Source: Isurus oxyrinchus (Eukaryota). Taken from it: a stretch of 64,000 nt of DNA. The stretch is taken from positions 4,898,001-4,962,000 of the forward strand of contig JANJGN010000034.1 in the NCBI GenBank assembly GCA_026770705.1, written 5' to 3'. This document shows, one piece after another, positions 1-13,049 of this stretch. The notes under the pieces are model-generated. The model ran no database searches and had not been told where the DNA came from. It saw only the letters and a list, made by a program, of their open reading frames with translations. Every line of letters begins with the position of its first letter. Position 1 is the stretch's first letter. The position numbers were made by a program, and so were the translations under genes.

Positions 1-860
1 ATTAAAAGCAGTAGCAAAAAAAATGCATTAATATTGAGCCTTCAACGCAATTATGTCTTTCATGGTGCTTAAGACTTTTAGAATACTCCTCCTAGAAGCA
101 TATTGCGGTGTGACCCCTTGGCATACCAGATTAATTCATAATTCACCTTGCATCCATATTCGGCAGTTCATTGTGAATTTATTGAAGATTGATTTCATAC
201 TGGGTAAATTGTATTTCCTGAGAATGTACATGTGCAGCAGTGAAGAAGATTTACAGAAGATTGTTCGCTTATGGACAATAATAACTGGAAGGGAATTAAA
301 GAGATATGGCAAGCAGACATGTCATGGGGCGTTTACAACCCCGTGTCGCCATTGTATTGCATTTCTTGCAATTTAGGCAGCACAGTACAGATGTGTCCAA
401 CGCTTTATCAGTTGTTCTGTTGATTATGAAACTGGAGGAATAAATATCTGGCAATTATATTGGATTCATGATTGATTGTTGGACAATCCAGGTGTGTTTT
501 CGAGGACCCGAAAGATGCCATGATTCTAGAGCATAACTTCACCCACTTAGTACCACAGCTTCACTGCAAGGCCGGATGGGAAATTGTTTAACATATTTAT
601 CGGAAATCATCTTTCTCTCTCAAATCCAAAAGCTCCATATCAAACTGGAAAAAAAAAATCCACTTTCAAGGCATCCTTTCAATGAATTTGACATAATGAG
701 CTATCGACTCTATTTTCAACGTGGCTGCGTTGACATGAAGACTGAAAAAAAAGTTTTTTAAAGCGTTGATTAACTGGAAGCCTTTCATTTACCACATAAG
801 ATGGGATGTCTAGTAAAATTTCCTATACTAACTCCTGACAAGGAAGATGTAACCATAGAT

Positions 861-1010
861 AAAAAAAACTGAGGATGCTGGAAATCTGAAACACAACCAG
901 AATTGCCTGGAAAAACTCAGGAGGTCTGGCAGTTCTGTGGAAGGGTCATGAGGACAAAAAACTCGTTTCTTCTCCGCTGATGCTGCCCGACCTGTTTAGT
1001 TTTTCTGGGT
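861..1010. repeat. Penelope-terminus-derived short hairpin element
   Basis: ggaaaaactcaggaggtctggcag ... ctgcccgacctgtttagtttttc are mutually inverted; similar to the Penelope end at 53120-53250. Confidence 0.65.
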
Positions 1011-1143
1011 AAAGATGTAACTACATGTCTACTGATCCAGAGACAATGGAACTGGTGGATTTATTTTCCATTTTCAAAGCAGGCAAGTGTTAGCATAAAG
1101 GGTTCACCCGTTTATGACCAATGCTATGGTTTTATCTTCTCAG

Positions 1144-1170
1144 CTGATGATATTAAAATCAGAGAAGAAA
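1144..1170 (+). CDS. Micro-exon 1 (27 nt, phase 1-1) of unidentified micro-exon gene; (x)DDIKIREE
   Basis: ttttatcttctcag|CTGATGATATTAAAATCAGAGAAGAAA|gtaagt. Confidence 0.8.
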
Positions 1171-1319
1171 GTAAGTATTCAGCCGAAAACCTAATTGTTC
1201 AAGAATACGTGTATATTTTGAAATAATTATCAGACTGTTTTTTTTTTTACATTTTAACAAGGAAGAGCCCTAATTATTGTTTCTTTTTCATTTAATATAT
1301 TTTTTTTCTTTTCCATCAG

Positions 1320-1346
1320 AACTGAAGAAATGTCTGGACGTGCTCA
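1320..1346 (+). CDS. Micro-exon 2 (27 nt); (K)LKKCLDVL
   Basis: long pyrimidine tract, ccatcag|AACTGAAGAAATGTCTGGACGTGCTCA|gtgagt. Confidence 0.8.
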
Positions 1347-2849
1347 GTGAGTACTTTTTGCAGAGATATATGTGTTCCCTTTTACATTACTCGAGCACAT
1401 TTTTCCCTGCACATATGTTGTGAATGAAGTAATTAAATGCAAGGCTAGAACATCAGATTATTTTAAATTTAGATATACACAAGGAATTGTGAGCAGATAA
1501 GCTCTTAAAGGCCTTTTGGGGATTCCAACTCACTCTATGTTAGCAAAGCAAAACAATGGATTTCGATATGGCCGACCATTATATGCAAATTTACAATGAG
1601 AACTTTTAACAATATAGCGAGCAAAAAACCCTTAGAGACTGCTGTGGAGCAATATAATCTAAGCTTTTAGAGAACAGCACATAACGCTATATTAAAGAAG
1701 CTGAGCAACACTTTTGTCAAAGAGCATTTAAAGAGAATTTAATAGGATGGATAACAGGCAGAAATACAAAGACCACAAACATGATAACATCAGCGCTTGA
1801 GGGCAAAAGAATTGAAGACATTCAACAATTGGGCAGTGAGATAAGGATTATTATGGAGCCAGAACTGGATGAGTGAACGTAACAGTGACAGAAAGTGGGT
1901 CATCATTTTGTTTCAGCATAAGATTTTGGCACATAAAATTTGTGGAATATTAACATTTAACGGTGAATTATTTGCCCCTGCTGACCTGCTGGTCTGCCTA
2001 AAAAGAAAATGAAATACAGAGGTAGCATGGATGCAGTAGGGGTGTTGAGCAGTGTTGTGCACGTGTATGGGAGGGTGGGTGGGGGGGGGGGGGGGGGGCT
2101 GGGGGGGAGTGGGTGCTGCAGGCGGTGGAAGGCAGGGTGTGAAGCTTTGCTGAAGAATGCCGAGCTCACTGGCGATTTCATGTGAAGTTGAGCAGCAGTG
2201 ACAGGGCTATTGAACTTCAGCTACTTTCTGCACAGCAATCTGTGTTTTATGCTTACTGAATGAGCAATCCCGTTCCATACGAGTAAATGCATTGGCCAAT
2301 ATTGAAGAAAACAATTAAATGAATTTTACCGGCATAAGAGGTCTCCTATAAATGCGATTTGTCTTGCCACTCATTAGGCCATCCAGAAAAGAATGTAAAT
2401 TTTAAAGTGGGCAAACTTTCGGACTGCACAAGGGAAGGGTGCTTTAGATGGGAAGTAATCAATGATTTGCAGGTGTGTTGCCATGGACGATCCACAAGGT
2501 AACTGCTAACATTTGCTTAAAATCGAACGAGTCATGTCAGTTTTGTTTGGTCAAGGCATTACTACTGGGAAAGAACAAGGGAATGGAAGTCACCAAAGTT
2601 CTGGTTTAATTGATAAAAGACGCAATGCAATTTCTGATTGCAATGAAGTGGGCCATGTATAAGCATATATGGAGCTTTTAATGTGCGTAAGTGAACTACA
2701 CTGTGAGCCCTAGTGATAACCGTAAGTTGCTGGTTAGTGTAAGTCTTATCACAAACAGCATTATTTAATAGGTGCTGCACGTCGCAGAAGCAAATCTAAT
2801 GCTGGACAGCATATTTGACTTTTCCAAGCATGTGTTTTTTTGGGTATGG

Positions 2850-3289
2850 TCACCATTTTGCCTATTGTGAACAGTCAAAGGGAAATGTTGTTTGATATAA
2901 TTCATCTTGGGCCCTAAAATACATAATATATGCTAGTTAATATGATATCTGCCGTCGGGAAATGCTGGGACATGTAAAGGAATATTCTGGTATGTTCAAA
3001 CAAAGAACATGTCGTTTTATGAAAGGAAATTTTGTTTGGCAGAATCATTATGATTACATTTTATGTTCGGACTGGTAAAATAAAGGGAAATAAGTAGATT
3101 TCGCCTTTCTGGGCTTCATAACTGGATTATTTAACGTGCCACAAAAAAGCTCCAAATACAAGATAAAGGCTGGTGGAGTTAACAGACAAGTAAAACGGTG
3201 TATCCACAAAACAGCATCTTACACTTCCCGTTCTACAATCAATGAAGTCTAAGTGAATACAGTGCTGAGGCAAACTGACAGTTTATTTA
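2850..3289 (+). mobile_element. Highly decayed CR1-like LINE RT fragment
   Basis: Residual similarity to CR1 ORF2 (gttttatgaaaggaaattttgtttg..., aagataaaggctggtggag); no ORF. Confidence 0.4.
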
Positions 3290-4723
3290 TATTAATGAGT
3301 ATGATGAATACACCGAAAATGGTATGCCAAGTTGTGAACAATGTAAGATTATATGTAGATGTATGATTTGAGGTGTTAAGTGCATTAAACAAAGAATGCA
3401 TGTTGGTGACAAGAACACATCAGTACGGTAAGTAATAGGTTAGTTAGCAGTTTTTCCTTTCCATCTGACTCAACACTAGGCCATTCATCCAAAATATTTC
3501 GTAAGAAAATAAACATCCTGATAGTTTTCTTGGTCGAGTTACAGTCTAAAGAAGAGAATGAACACAGGGAAGTTTTAGGTTCATTAATTAAACTTAACAG
3601 GTTAAACAAGATATTAACTAGAATTTTATGGAGTTAATGAAATGTTTTCCCTCGGCCAAAGGAGTTGAAATCTCTTGACTCAAATTGCTGGTCAATGTGT
3701 GATTTTCAGGACGTTTCAAGTGGCTTGGGTTACAAAAACATTATCTGTGGTTGCTTGAGTTGGAGCTCATAACTTCCGAGATCCTGGGAATCAGGAATGC
3801 CTGCGTAGCATCATGGAGTATGATAGATTCTCATGCCAAAAATTGAAGGGATTTGTCAGCCCACAGAGAGCGATAGTTTATAGAGACATGGTGGTCAGTC
3901 AAAAGAGCATAAAAAAGCACAAAGTGAAGTATTTCTGACACCTTTCTCTCGGAACTGGAGAATGTTGTTAGTAACAGGACCCTGTTCTTGGCATTGGGGG
4001 CTCAAACATGTTTAGCAGTTAACCTTGAAGAGTCCAACTGCAAGCGTCTTAGGACATTTCATTATGATAGCGATATTAATGACTTTTTTAAAGACTTTTT
4101 TATGCTCTTTTGACTGACCACCATGTCTCTATAAACTATCGCTCTCTGTGGGCTGACAACCTCCTTCAATTTTTGGCATGAGAATCTATCATACTGCATG
4201 ATGCTACGCAGGCATTCCTGATTCCCAGGATCTCGGAAGTTATGAGCTCCAACTCAAGCAACCACAGATAATGTTTTTGTAACCCAAGCCACTTGAAACG
4301 TCCTGAATATCACACATTGACCAGCAATTTGAGTCAAGAGATTTCAGCTCCTTTGGCCGAGGGAAAACATTTCATTAACTCCATAAAATTCTAGTTAATA
4401 TCTTGTTTAACCTGTTAAGTTTAATTAATGAACCTAAAACTTCCCTGTGTTCATTCTCTTCTTTTAGACTGTAACTCGACCAAGAAAACTATCAGGATGT
4501 TTATTTTCTTACGAAATATTTTGGATGAATGGCCTAGTGTTGAGTCAGATGGAAAGGAAAAACTGCTAACTAACCTATTACTTACCGTACTGATGTGTTC
4601 TTGTCACCAACATGCATTCTTTGTTTAATGCACTTAACACCTCAAATCATACATCTACATATAATCTTACATTGTTCACAACTTGGCATACCATTTTCGG
4701 TGTATTCATCAGACTCATTAATA
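3290..4723. repeat. Long inverted repeat: arms ~3290-3917 and ~4095-4723, spacer ~177 bp
   Basis: Arms are reverse complements with only scattered mismatches; the same peptide appears in ORFs 3385..3609(-) and 4428..4628(+). Confidence 0.95.
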
Positions 4724-5199
4724 ATAATTATATAACTGCCTTTGTGAATCCCGAATGCAGTTACCTTCCTCTATGTTTCCAATGGAAATGACATCTGGAG
4801 AGGCATGCGGGAAATCTGCGGGGCAGTATGATATCTTTGCTGAAAGACCTATTTCCTAAAAACATATTTTGATAGCTGTTGGGCTTTATCAGTAACATTC
4901 AGTGCCGTAATGGGAAAGGTGGCATGTAGAGACTATTAATCCACTCTTTCAGGATTCCTCAAATTGCGGGTCGTTCAGGAATGCATAACTAAGACCATAC
5001 GTGTGATGATTAATTGGCAATGTTCATGGTGAGTGAGAGGAGCATTCATATTATTGGGGGGTATTGACAACGCTTAGAGCAGGACATTGGCAATCGGTCA
5101 CACACATTGCACCTATGGGTCCTGGGGCCTATGTAATCAGGAATACTTTTACTCTCTTAGTTAGAAAGGGTTTACGTTGAATTTCCAAATTGTTCGTTA

Positions 5200-6620
5200 C
5201 TTATTCAGGGAATGTAGGCAACACTTGCTAAAACAGAATTCGTTGTCCATCTATAATTGTCTTTGAGAAATGCCAGTTGCATCCTTGAAATGCAGCACTG
5301 CAGATTTTGCAGGTGCACACGATGCTGCTCAGAAAGATGGTGATACCTGTGGGGACACCTCTTTCAATTATTTCTTTAATTACCCATGACTCCTCACAAT
5401 TTGACATGGTAGTGCAACAAAGCATAGATCTAATTTGTTGACTGTGGGATCAATTAGCTTTGCCTATTGCATTCTACGTTCGCTGCTTGGCATGCTTGTA
5501 GTTCTGTGTTTTACCTTCACCAGGCTGACAGCTAGTTTTATGGTCCTGCGGCTGATATGATCCCCAGCATTCTTCATTGTAGCATAGTTGATCCGCAGTG
5601 GTGAGGGTAATGGCAGGGCTCGAGATATGCCTGGGCCAATGGGTTACAGTTTGTGATTGTATATGATTCAGCTGCTGCTTAAGGCCCACAGTGCCTCCTT
5701 TGCGAGATCTCATCGAAATGTATCCCACTTAACACTCAGGAGGTATCAAAAAATGCATTGTAGAGTATCCTCATCGTGACGACGTGACTTCGTCCCCTCA
5801 AGAATTGTGCAGTGGTCACTTCTAACCAATGCCATCTTGAACAGATGCATCTTCGAACGTATTGTTAGTGCTGATCAGGTGAGTTTTGGTTTCTCTTTTG
5901 TTTATTCCCTCAAAACTTCCCCTGAACCAGTCGTGTAGCCATGTCATGTAATATTTTCCCTGCTCATTCAGTAGAAGCTTTATTGAGACACTTTTGATGA
6001 AAGACATTGAGAGCCCCGACGGAGGACACATTATGTGCTGAAACCATTCACGTTGCTTGGCCCAAGTGGTACTCAACATGAACGTGCACACATTCTTCAT
6101 CTGCTGATGTTTCTGTCTTTGGATGGTTGGTCAGAATCAGGAAGATGTTTCCTTGCACTTGTTATTGCAGATGCCAATGGACTCCGTGGGGTCTCGATTC
6201 GATGTGGAGAAATTGAAAGTAACTCCTTCCCAAATTTATAACACTGCGCCTCACCACCTGCGTGGATATCGTCATTTCGATATAAGACATTCAAAAGGAT
6301 TGTGATTTTGGTGCCTGGGAAATTGTTAAGCATGATCTTGTACGTATTATTAAGCCAGGCTGTTGTTTAACTAGGCTGCAGGACAGCTCTCCCAATGTTG
6401 GCACAAGGATGCAAATATTAATGAAGAGGGCTTTGGAGAGCCAATGTCGTTTCCAGCACCTTGGTCAATGACAAGTGTTCCACACATTTGAATTGGTTCT
6501 CCTGGGCTTTGCAGTTCTTCCGATACAACTGGTTGATTTGTGATGCTTTGAGGGCAGTTATGTGCCAGACACGTTACTCTCGGTCTGCTGAAACATGTAA
6601 TCCGGCCGGTATCCTTCCGT
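5200..6620 (-). mobile_element. Decayed RTE-clade LINE (RT C-terminal part)
   Basis: Minus-strand remnants VVSEELQ (cf. VIELQYADD), NVFHQKCL (cf. FHQRCLR), HISSPAITLTTADQL (cf. IPSIEALTTLDQL). Confidence 0.45.
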
Positions 6621-7759
6621 GAATGACATTGGTGAACCAATTTGTTTTCTTTTTTTGCGACAGTCCATGTTCGTTTCATTGTCACTCTTACCGAGACTAG
6701 GGGCTTGATGAGAGAGATTTCCAAGGGCCTGCTAAATTTTAGTTCTGTGGAATGCACACTTCCGCCTCCAGTCTTTAGGCCCATCACCTTTTCTTAGAAA
6801 AAATGGAATACAAAATGATTTCAATTTTGTAAAATTTTAACTGTTATCATTCAAATATTTCAATATACTGTCACAAGCATTAACGGAGGTGATCAAGCTG
6901 GTGCATGAACTATGGTGAAAGCAAGTGGCATATTGGCCTGCATTGCAAGATGTTTGGAGTGCCAGACAACAGGAATCAGGTGTAATAGTGATTGGATTGT
7001 ATGACACCACTCGAGGTGTACTCAAACGTCTTCTAATCTTAATATATAAGTAGCAGCACGTTTGTCCATGATTGGGCACAGCAAATGTTCACTTGATTGG
7101 TACCGGAGATGAGTTTGTCGACGAAGGGAAATACAATTTTCATATCTTCCCGAAGGATTTCAGAGGAAGTGAGGTGATCTCGTTCAGAAATAAAGGCGAA
7201 TGGAATAATTTACAAGCGTAAATATCAGAGTTTCTTTGCACTGACTATGGAGTTCAGAGCAAGTGTAAAAGCATCAGCGCATTTATTGGAAAACATGAGA
7301 CAGAGATGGAAAACATTCCTTCTTATAAGACGGTGATTCTTTGGAATTTTCTGCACCAGAGTTTAAATTTTTCCCCGAATTAGAGAAAATGCAAGGCTGA
7401 CATTAATAGCTTTCCAAAACTTTAGGAACGATCTGTACCGGGAATGGCTTTAAAATAAGACAGATGTACAATCTCGGCCTTGATTGGAAGTAGACTCATG
7501 GGAACATTTGTTTTTCTTTTCATGTTCATATTTCTTCTGTTAGTATGTGTTTAGAAGAATTGTAAGCAAGTGCGAGATTAGATCAGATGCTTTTTTGTTA
7601 TTAACTTTGGACTATTAGGCGCATTGTTAATGCTGTAGAGTTTAAATCCTATTTGATCTCTGATCTTCCATTCATGCGTATCAAGGACATTATAAATCTA
7701 AAATGCAGAACTTCGTTCATTCATGTTGGTAATCTCACTGATGTTCAGTCATCTATATT

Positions 7760-7880
7760 ATGGAAAAACTCAGCAGGTCTTGCAGCATCGGCGGTGAAGA
7801 AAAGAGTTGACGTTTCGAATCCTCATGACCCTTCAACAGAACTAGATGTTTTGGATTTCTAGCAACTGCGGTTTTTGTTA
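7760..7880 (-). repeat. Penelope terminal fragment with hammerhead-like motif
   Basis: Reverse complement of the 53120-53220 Penelope end. Confidence 0.7.
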
Positions 7881-8239
7881 TAACTTCAATATTATGGAAC
7901 TTTTTCTACATATTTTGTTGAACTAATCTACCTTATTATGAATTCCTGTCTATCCTCTTATATCTAGATACAGTTTATCCATCTTACTTGTGAAGCCTCT
8001 GTACCTTTCATGAGATTCTAGAAAATCTGGCGAGGAGCCCTTTGTGTATCTTTTGCACAGCCAAAACATCAATCTTTGCATGGCTTGCCCTATTCATTTT
8101 CTGAAATCGTGCACTCACATCGTTTTCACCACTAGAGTTCCTTCTTTCCATTTACATCTGTATTAAACTTGAGCTGTCTCGCTTTCGGAATTTCTGCGAG
8201 GGGTGGATAACATTCTAATCGATAACATTACACCATTAG

Positions 8240-9205
8240 AAGGACATATGTGTGATCATGGGTCTTGGCTGCAGAGAATAATTTCAAATTTTGTGGATGG
8301 TTCAAAGCTTGGTAATATTGTAAACCGCGAAAGGGACGTTTTGTAAATTAAAAAGTGGTATATGCAGGCGGGTGGAGTGGACAGATAGGTGGAAATTAAA
8401 TGCAGAGAAATGTCAAAGATGATGAATTTGGTAGGAAGAATAATGACAGACAATATAAAGCAACAGATGAAATTTTGAAAGTGGTGCAGGAACAGAAAAA
8501 ACGTGGGTGGCTATGTAAATATATCATTCAAGGTGACAGGACTGTAGGAGAGAACTGTCACTAAAGCAAATTGGTTGCATTAATAGGAGCACAGAATACA
8601 AGAGCAAGGACGTTTTGCTCAATTTATATAAGACACTCGTTCGGTATCAGCTGGAATAATATGTGAGGTTCTGGGCGCCACATTATACGAATGACGTGAA
8701 AACATTGAAGAGTGTGTAGACGGGGTTTACAAGAATGATACCAGAGATGAGAATTTTCAGATGTTAAGATAGATTGGAGTGGTTGGAACTGATCCCCTTC
8801 TAGGGAAGGGGAGTAGGAAGACATGTCATAGTGATGCACAAAATCATGAGGCGACTTGACAGAGTCCATAGGGAGAAAATGTTCCCCGTCGTATAATGAT
8901 CAAGAACAGTTGGGTACAGATTCAACTTGATTTGCAAAAGAAGCAAATGTGACTTAAGAAATAATTTTTTTTCACGCTAAGTGTTGGTTTGGTCATGAAA
9001 CCATTGCTTGTTATTCTGGTGGGGCCAAGATTAATCGAGGGATTCAAGAGGGCATTGGATAATTATTTAAATGAAAAAATGTGGAGTGATACGGGGAAAA
9101 AGCATGTCAATGACAGCAAAACATAATTCACGTATGTGGGGCCTGTGCACACACGATGGGCCGTACAACATCCTCCTTTGCCTTTACAATTATGTGAATC
9201 TGTGA
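8240..9205 (+). mobile_element. CR1-like LINE 3' fragment, decayed
   Basis: LYKTLVRYQLE..V.FWAPHY remnant and CR1-type 3' tail; paralogous to 55691-56173. Confidence 0.8.
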
Positions 9206-9477
9206 AAAGCCTTGCAGAATGTTACGCCAAGTGGCAAGTATTTGGTCTGATGTTCAGCTCCATTGGGAACCACCCTGTAAAGTTCTGCATTCAGTCACAC
9301 ATCAATTCATAACGAAGAACACCTTGAGTCAGACGTGTCTAAGCCTAGGTTTCAGCGCAGAGATTCGAACAAGTAATCTATCTTGATGTCCCAATCAATT
9401 GTTTGGTTGCCCGGCACAGCCCGAGACGCCATGATTCGGTTCTGATGCTTTTCATCTCAGATGATTTAAAAAAAAAA

Positions 9478-9800
9478 CATTCATGGGATGTAGGCAACGC
9501 TGGCTAGGGCAGCATATATTGCTCAATCCTAATGCCTCTTCTTCAGGAGATATTTAAGAAATAATGGCATTGTTGTTAGGTCTGGATTCACATGTTGGCT
9601 AAACCAAGTATGACAACCGACTTCCTCCCCTAAAGGACAAGTGTGAACCGCATGTTTTTTTTTTTGCCAACCATCGTGGTCATCATCAGAATTTTAATTC
9701 CAATTTTCAACTGCGTCCAATTTTCACCGCTACTGTGGTGGAATTTCCCCAGAGTGTTACCCTGGATCTCTGCGGCAGTGGACCAGTGACAATGTCTGCA
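9478..9800 (-). mobile_element. SINE fragment (elasmobranch-type)
   Basis: attcatgggatgtaggcaacgctggctagg...; similar to 35220-35560. Confidence 0.55.
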
Positions 9801-10077
9801 TGCCAACCAATCAGAATTGGTTACATAACAGTTGTAAGATTGGCAGGAATGTATTTGCCAATAATTCTCATCACTAAATCAACACTTAATAAAAAATGTT
9901 TGAGGAAGGCATGGCATTCTATATTGTTGCTTAGAGAGGATAAAAAAGTGACAGACTTTCATGAAAGTACAGTTTCAAAAACTCTGAACCTATTTATTTT
10001 TGGAATGTGAAGTACTAAATGATGTTGTTTAATCGAAAGGTTGTAAGTTATTTTCCATGCATGAAATTTCACGAACT

Positions 10078-10594
10078 TGTGGTATGATGTGGTTTCTTTG
10101 ATGGGCGGATCACAGGAGAATCAGGTATCAGTTACGTGCATTTATTCGAGCAATTGCACGGGGGCACTATCTCAGTGCAACCTGAGGCACTGCTCTGTTA
10201 AACTACTAGTGTTCATCATATTTATAAATTTTTGGTCACGTACAAGAACAGTTTCCAGATTTCGAACCTGTGAACATACATGTTTACATTAAACTTACAA
10301 GTTTGATTTCTCTATTTTCTTCTCACCAAGGCAGAGACCCTCTCTCATACCTAAACTAAGATAAGACCGTCTGCTCTTTCCCTATCTGCTGTAAACAGGC
10401 TCAATTTTAGTTGTTTTCCAAACTAAAGCTCCAATGTAACTCTCAATATTCCCAATCTAACATATTTACAAATGTTTAGATTTCTGCCTGTCCAGACTGA
10501 CCTTTAATGGTTAACTGCTTATGCAGAAAGGTTCTGCCTGTTTGGCTTTTTAAGTACTGATTCCATTCAATAAATTTATGCCTGCACGCATTCA
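10078..10594 (-). repeat. 3' LTR of ERV
   Basis: Direct repeat of ~18476-19040; TG...CA ends; minus-strand AATAAA at 10141-10146 and TATA-like motif near 10220. Confidence 0.85.
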
Positions 10595-10607
10595 TTTTTT
10601 TCCCCTC
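10595..10607 (-). other. Polypurine tract
   Basis: Minus-strand GAGGGGAAAAAAA directly before the TG of the 3' LTR. Confidence 0.75.
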
Positions 10608-10847
10608 GTATGTCCCTTGCCTTAGCCCAAGTTATCCAACTACAGTGGTGTTGTATGCTCCCCCTTTCCCAGCCCAACGCCCCCTCACCCCCGCCCCCCA
10701 CCAAAAAAAACGTTATGCACTGTTACCAATTGATGCTGGTCATTTATTCAGCTTTGTCAGGTATAGGCTATGGGTACTGGTCAAACCATCCGTATCGCCT
10801 GGTCCTGTAATCCGAAACTCTGGCTAACCAAATTCCTACTCCACTGA

Positions 10848-12700
10848 CTAAAACTCCTCCAATGTCACCTTTTTTTGTATTCTCCGGGTGCGAAGAAGGA
10901 AGTATGTTAAATACATAATCAATATTATCTGAAGTATAACTAGTACATCGGAGATAATCTGAATACACGTCAGAATCTGTACGTTTGAGCCACAATGCCA
11001 CGGGTCCTCCCCCCATGTAGAATAGTGTATTTGTTCAATATGTTTTTAAGGCTCTATCCCTTTCCTGCAGTGTATACTAACTTTTGCATATCTGCTGAGC
11101 CTGTCTCTGAATTGCACTGAGATGCTCTGGTAATAGCGAATTTCATAGGAGAATTGGTTAAAATACTCTTTCAGGTTATCCTTAAGACTTTCCTTAAGCT
11201 GAATAGTAGTCGTTCCTCTCTTGTAAATTTCAACCAGTTCCCCCCCCCCCCCCCCCCCCACCCCCCCCCCCCCCTTGCTGGCACCTGTGGATGCAAGCAC
11301 ACCTACTTGATTGTAGGTGGGGCATATCTGGTTATCTCCTTCAGGAATATTTCCTGCCATGCGGTAATGCAATATCTCCCATTCCCTGTATATGCAACGT
11401 GGCAAAGCTCTTTAGCAGCCATTATAGTTTCAATTGACAGTTTGTGGGTGCTTTAAATCACACTTCGTTTCCTGTGTCTCATATACCGGCTGTGCACATG
11501 CTATTGCAGTGACTTCTATCCTGCACCCTTCTAATGTGGCAATATCTATGTTTCCTTCTATGTGTACTGCGTAAGGCCGAATAACGTGATACTTAATATA
11601 GTAATTCCCCCATATAACAACAATAATTTCTACTCTATATAACGTCCTGCAGGGTGTTGAGATAGGTATGACAGGCGTTAGTAATACAATGCCTATCAAC
11701 ATATTCCAATGCGCTATAATTTCAACATTCATTCTCTATATGCAAGTAAAAACTCTAAGTTGGTAACAGGTAAATTCATGAATCTCGTATCGTGAGAGTT
11801 TCAATAAATGCTCATTAGTTACTCAGATATGAACGACCCCTTTAATAATCTGTCTTCTATTTTCTCGGGCTTGTTCCAACGCCGAAGTTCCCTACATGCT
11901 GCAAAAATGATTTCTCCTGCTTCATCTGAAATAGTTTCCCTATTTCAAGCAGCTTATTGATAGTCCCTGCATGGCTTTAAAGCACGGTAACCAGACTTTG
12001 AATTAACCATGTTATGTCCTGTTCCGTATCAAACTGTCTATCCTGGATACTCTTTCCCCACCTAAAATCTCCTTAATCCTAAAGCTCAGGATAAGGGAAT
12101 TTTGATCTATAGTTGCTATATCAATGGAATTAACTAATGAAGTATCTGTATTGAATAACATGGCAGCGTCATTTAGCAGGCTGCGCTTATCTCGTTCCCC
12201 ATCTGTGCATGATCACATCTCACCCATAAACCAGTCTTCTTCAGCCATCAAGTCTCTCGTCAGAGCCGTACATAGTTTTTGGGTGTCGTTTTGGCACCAC
12301 TCTGCTGTCCGACAAGGGATATATTCAAGACTACGGGTAGATTATCGTATAAAAATTTATTTTGGTTGATAAATACATGTCTATTTGTTGGCCCTGGATA
12401 CATGATCGGACAAGCTGGGTCAGTTGGTGGAGGGGTAACCGTGGGCTGGGGATGGGGGGGACGGGGGAGAGGGGATGGTGGACGGAGGATGGTACTGGTA
12501 TCGGTATCTTCCCTTCGAAAGATCAACCACTTCCATCTTTTGTCACCGCTCTTTTCCCAAGTCGATATACTATCCTTCGTGCTACACATGTTCCATTTGG
12601 AATCTCCGACATGAGAATGAGTAACAATGTTGCGTGTTTTTGCACATGTTCAATGAAAACGGCTTCCTACCGTCAAGCCAAAGCCGAACTGCCCAACACC
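10848..12700 (-). pseudogene. env: env, frameshifted; class I fusion glycoprotein with early cleavage site
   Basis: RDKR at 12183-12194 followed by SLLNDAAMLFNTDTSLVNSIDIATID; Cys-rich region 11300-11730; TM IQIISDVLVILQIILIMYLTYFLL at ~10890-10965. Confidence 0.8.
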
Positions 12701-13049
12701 CTCCTTATACTTAAGACACACGGTAGTTAGATTTGGGAATATGAGCACCATCTTTTGCATCTGTCAACCACTGACTTCTCATGAAATGATGCCTTAAATG
12801 ACGCATGCACATACTACAATACAAGAGCTTTTGTGCTACTACTGTTACAGTGATTATTCCCCGTTGTGAGGCACAATCGGCCTTGCCTCTGCTGTATCAA
12901 TGTCCCTCCGGTGGTGCAGTTGTTGCCATCATCACCATGCTCACGAGGGTTGACATTCTTGTTAACATTCTCTGAACTCAAGCAGCTAGGCATCCCAGGC
13001 CGGTTGTTGAATTTATTCGTTTGGGTAAAAATCAGTTTGTTAAATGCTT

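Noticed and set aside
3385-4628. Two ORFs with identical peptides as duplicated genes
   Set aside because: A by-product of the inverted repeat; no coding signature.
7544-7561. Possible 18-nt micro-exon (tag|...|gtaagc)
   Set aside because: In-frame TAG in phase 1.
11239-11275. Poly-C run in env (also poly-G near 2080 and poly-C near 22669) as coding or G-quadruplex features
   Set aside because: More simply explained as homopolymer expansion or sequencing error.
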